A stretch of DNA of 62,929 nucleotides, counting the filler, from Sphacelaria rigidula (Eukaryota): assembly GCA_964200075.2 (NCBI GenBank). It is 5 parts of 5 records of this genome, joined end to end, with 100 filler letters (N's around TTAATTAATTAA, not from the genome) between each part and the next. Parts side by side here need not be neighbours in the genome. Positions count along the whole stretch, not along the records: positions 50,426 to 62,929 come from CAXNAA020003689.1; 4 more parts are not named here. One strand, written 5' to 3'. Numbering within the stretch: position 1 is the first letter of the stretch; the number at the start of each line of letters is the position of its first letter. Position numbers and translations under genes: made by a program. Positions 59,905 through 62,929 of the stretch are shown here, in pieces. The notes beneath the pieces are model-generated. The model was not told the DNA's origin and did no database searches. It worked only from the letters and a program-made list of their open reading frames with translations.

Positions 59905-62853
59905 ATAGAGGCCGTGTGTGGTACGGCAGTCCTGTTCCGTGTTTGTGTTGGGTGACACTGCAGCCGGTGAGTGCTGGCGAGTTACCGTTGACGATAAGGC
60001 TGGACTTGTTAGTGGGTCGCCTCGCGCGTGTGTGCACTAGGGGTGAGGTTACTACGTTCGATACCTCCTGTTGGTGGCATGTCGATTAAGATGTGTACTG
60101 CCCGGTGATTGGATATGGGTTATCCGGCCGTTCGGATGCATGTATTGTGGTGAATATTCTTGCCATCCACCAGCAGGGTCGCATCTCGTACCTGGCATGT
60201 ACATACATGATATAGTTGGTTTGTTGCCCAACGTGTGTTATTTCGCCGCGCGGTAATCGTGTTTCGCACCCTGTGTAGTGGGTCGTGACAATGTGGTTTG
60301 CCGCGATCACGGAAAAGAAATTAGATCCATTGTCCACTTGCGGAGAGTTGTGATGGTGGTACGATGCAAACGATTATCGAGGCATGCACGAGAGGTGATA
60401 TACGGGTATTCTTGTAGCATTAAGCAAAAGTGTAGTATTTCCCAAACCTGGCACCATATGCGCAACTTTACGATGCGGTGACTGAGGCATGGAGATAGAG
60501 AGCTGTCGTGCGCGTGTCGTAGTCTGAAACAGGTATGACTCATGTCTTGCTTTCGTCTTGCATTTTTTTCACAACTTTTCATGTTCGGTGAGATGTCATC
60601 TCTCGTCCTTGCGGCACGGTATGTGTGTAATGTGTGATGTGCCTGACTCGTTTTGTTCCCATTTTTTGTTCCCCCTTTCAACGCCTCTTTCTTCGGGATG
60701 AATTCGTCATCTCAAGTGTTGAACCCATCTCTCCCCGGTACACGGTTACTCTTGGTATCGCGGATGGGGTCAGAAATCCCGCACCGCGTCCACTGTCGTC
60801 AAAAAATTTAGCCAAATATGGCGTTTGCTGCTCATGTCCTCATTGAGAATATAAGCTTGTATCCTCTTGGGAGATCCTAGTGCAGTTATAGTGGTTCGGT
60901 GCCGTCTGCACGGACGTGTTTCGCCGTCTTCAAATAGACTGTGCTATCGATAGCCAGGCTTTCTCGATCTCAATGAACAGGCACTGGCAGAGAATGCACA
61001 GTTACTATTAGATTCACTTGCGTCGTGCAGCAAGAAGAAGAAAGACGGCGACTTTTTTTGCAGGCGCTTATTCGGGCAACACAGGATAAAACACGAAGAA
61101 GTCTGTTGCAGGTGATGGTCGCAGTGAAGGAGGCGTTTGTAGCGGATTGAGTCGCATTCAGCATGCCGTTCTCCACCCGTAATTACTGCCACAGTGAATT
61201 ATACCTCACAAGGTTACGCACGCTGGCTTTCCCCTCCGCTCCAAGACTACAGTACCCCAGCACTCGGATAGCAAAGCAGCCAGATAATACAAGCTACCAG
61301 CCTTTCCTCTTGAAAAATGTTTCTGGACAACCACTGCACATACACTAATTTGAGATCTGTGCTTGAGAATACGTGCATCGAACTCAAACCGGTGGGTACT
61401 GGTGTATCCTCGCAGTGATGATGGAACTTGCGGGCAAGCACAGCCGATACGGTTTAACCCTTCACTCCATATCGGTGGATCTACAAACACCCGAAGCTCA
61501 CATGCATATCTGCACATGTACAAGCGCCAAGTTTCACAGCCGACCAGGGTGGTATCCCACGTCGCAATTCATGAAGAGGCTGGATAACAGCGGATCCTGA
61601 AGAATGGGATCGATCTCGAAAACGAGGTTCAAGCGGCATATGTTTTTTGCAGAGATGACGCAAAACACTTACACCGAGCGAAAACATCTTTCCTCCCGAA
61701 ATTCTGCAGCAGTAAATCAGTTGTGGCTAGGTGCACCCAACGAATGAAGTGTACGCGCGTGTCGACGACGATATCACCAGAGAGAGAAGCAACGGCAGAG
61801 AGGAAAGTCCTCGCCCGTGTCCTTTGTGTGCCCTCCCTCGGTGATCACCAATCGCTCGAGAGACTGGCATCATCGATGTTATCACCGTGTACCCAATTTT
61901 CCATGTTCCGGAACATCGAGCTGCGGAGAGATTTCGTCTCTTCTTGCCTGTGGATCTCGCCAATGCGAAGATCGATTTCTCTTTGCCTCTTTTTTCGGAC
62001 AGGACGCGCCTCTGTGCGCGGAAAAACATGTCGACGAAAAACAGGGCAACGTTTCCGTCACCACTACTACTTTTCTCTGTCACACACATGCCAGCAAGGG
62101 CGATGCTGCGGCGATAACAACATATCCAATTTGAACTTGGGGGATGTTATTTATCGTTGATTTTACCCGACCTGTGACCATCTAGTCGCCCGACCACAAC
62201 AGCGAGCCGCAGGCCTGTTGGGGTGTGAGTGTGAGAGAGATCAAACACTTGTGGAGATCTTCTTGGTATGCGGAATGAAAAAAGATACCTACATTGGTGA
62301 CCTCATCGTTCGAGCGTGGTGCACAGGGGTGCGCCAATGCTGCAATCTGGAGTTTTCGTTGCTCTACTCTGCTGACTACCCTCTGCGCAGACGTCGCCCA
62401 CGGTAACAACATGAAAGTACCAGAAATCGGGACGGCTATGGAAGCAAAATAGTTCTTTATAAACTACGTCTACATGATTGAAAATACTCTTGTTACCTGA
62501 GGAACTGTGGCTTCCCCGTACCCTTGCCAGATATCAAAGAACGACGACAGAATGTTTGCGAGTGCATGTAACTCTCATGGGGGAACAGAGAGTTTCACCT
62601 GTATGAAAATCCTCGTTTTCCCACCTGCAAATCGTTTCATGCCCGTAGCATTCTAATAAGAACGTTAAACTGTCATTTTCTGTTTGGTTCTTCGCTGAGT
62701 GGCACATTCCAATGCCAGAAACGTTTGGTAGTGCTGTTCGACAGTATCTTCGCAGGAATCGCCGGACCCAAAGCGGCCACTTTCCCTCAAATAACAAGAG
62801 TCATTTCAATCATGTCATTTCCGTGCTTTATCTCCGTGCATTTAGTGTATCAT

Positions 62854-62929
62854 ATAACAGCCGATCCTAATTTTTGGGGTTGAAACAAAAAATAAGGTTG
62901 AAGTCCCATTTCTCTCTTGCAGGGAAGAT
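62854..62929. repeat. Inverted copy of the repeat terminus at 45-120
   Basis: See 45-120. Runs off the window end. Confidence 0.9.

Noticed and set aside
1-62929. Giant 63-kb TIR element or endogenous virus bounded by the terminal inverted repeat
   Set aside because: The window is five size-sorted unrelated contigs, and no capsid, polB or packaging ATPase motifs were recognised.

Overview
Repeat-rich eukaryotic DNA, most likely from a brown alga (Phaeophyceae, Ectocarpus-like). That assignment is an inference from the style of the LINE, SINE and Gypsy remnants and from intron structure. The window is not one locus. It is five unrelated contigs of 12507, 12507, 12506, 12505 and 12504 bp, sorted by length and joined by identical 100-nt spacers (N44-TTAATTAATTAA-N44), so nothing should be inferred across the gaps. 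Only one intact-looking host gene is present: a 5'-partial, five-exon minus-strand gene (49762-45028) with ZFC3H1/Red1-like HAT helices and a C-terminal LRR block. The rest is nested, decayed mobile DNA: three pieces of an AcademX-like DNA transposon (PIN/XPG-type nuclease, Cys-rich finger, TAG terminus), several Ty3/Gypsy remnants with LTR/PBS, LINE RT fragments inside a 4.2-kb duplication, three long foldback/MITE palindromes, two tRNA-headed SINEs and microsatellites. The best candidate for something undescribed is a 3-kb element at 17996-21005. It has two divergent decayed ORFs around an intergenic hairpin, and the larger ORF carries an RxD...G...Y...RxExR motif series loosely like Rep_trans rolling-circle initiators. 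All family calls are by-eye motif recognition; no searches were run.
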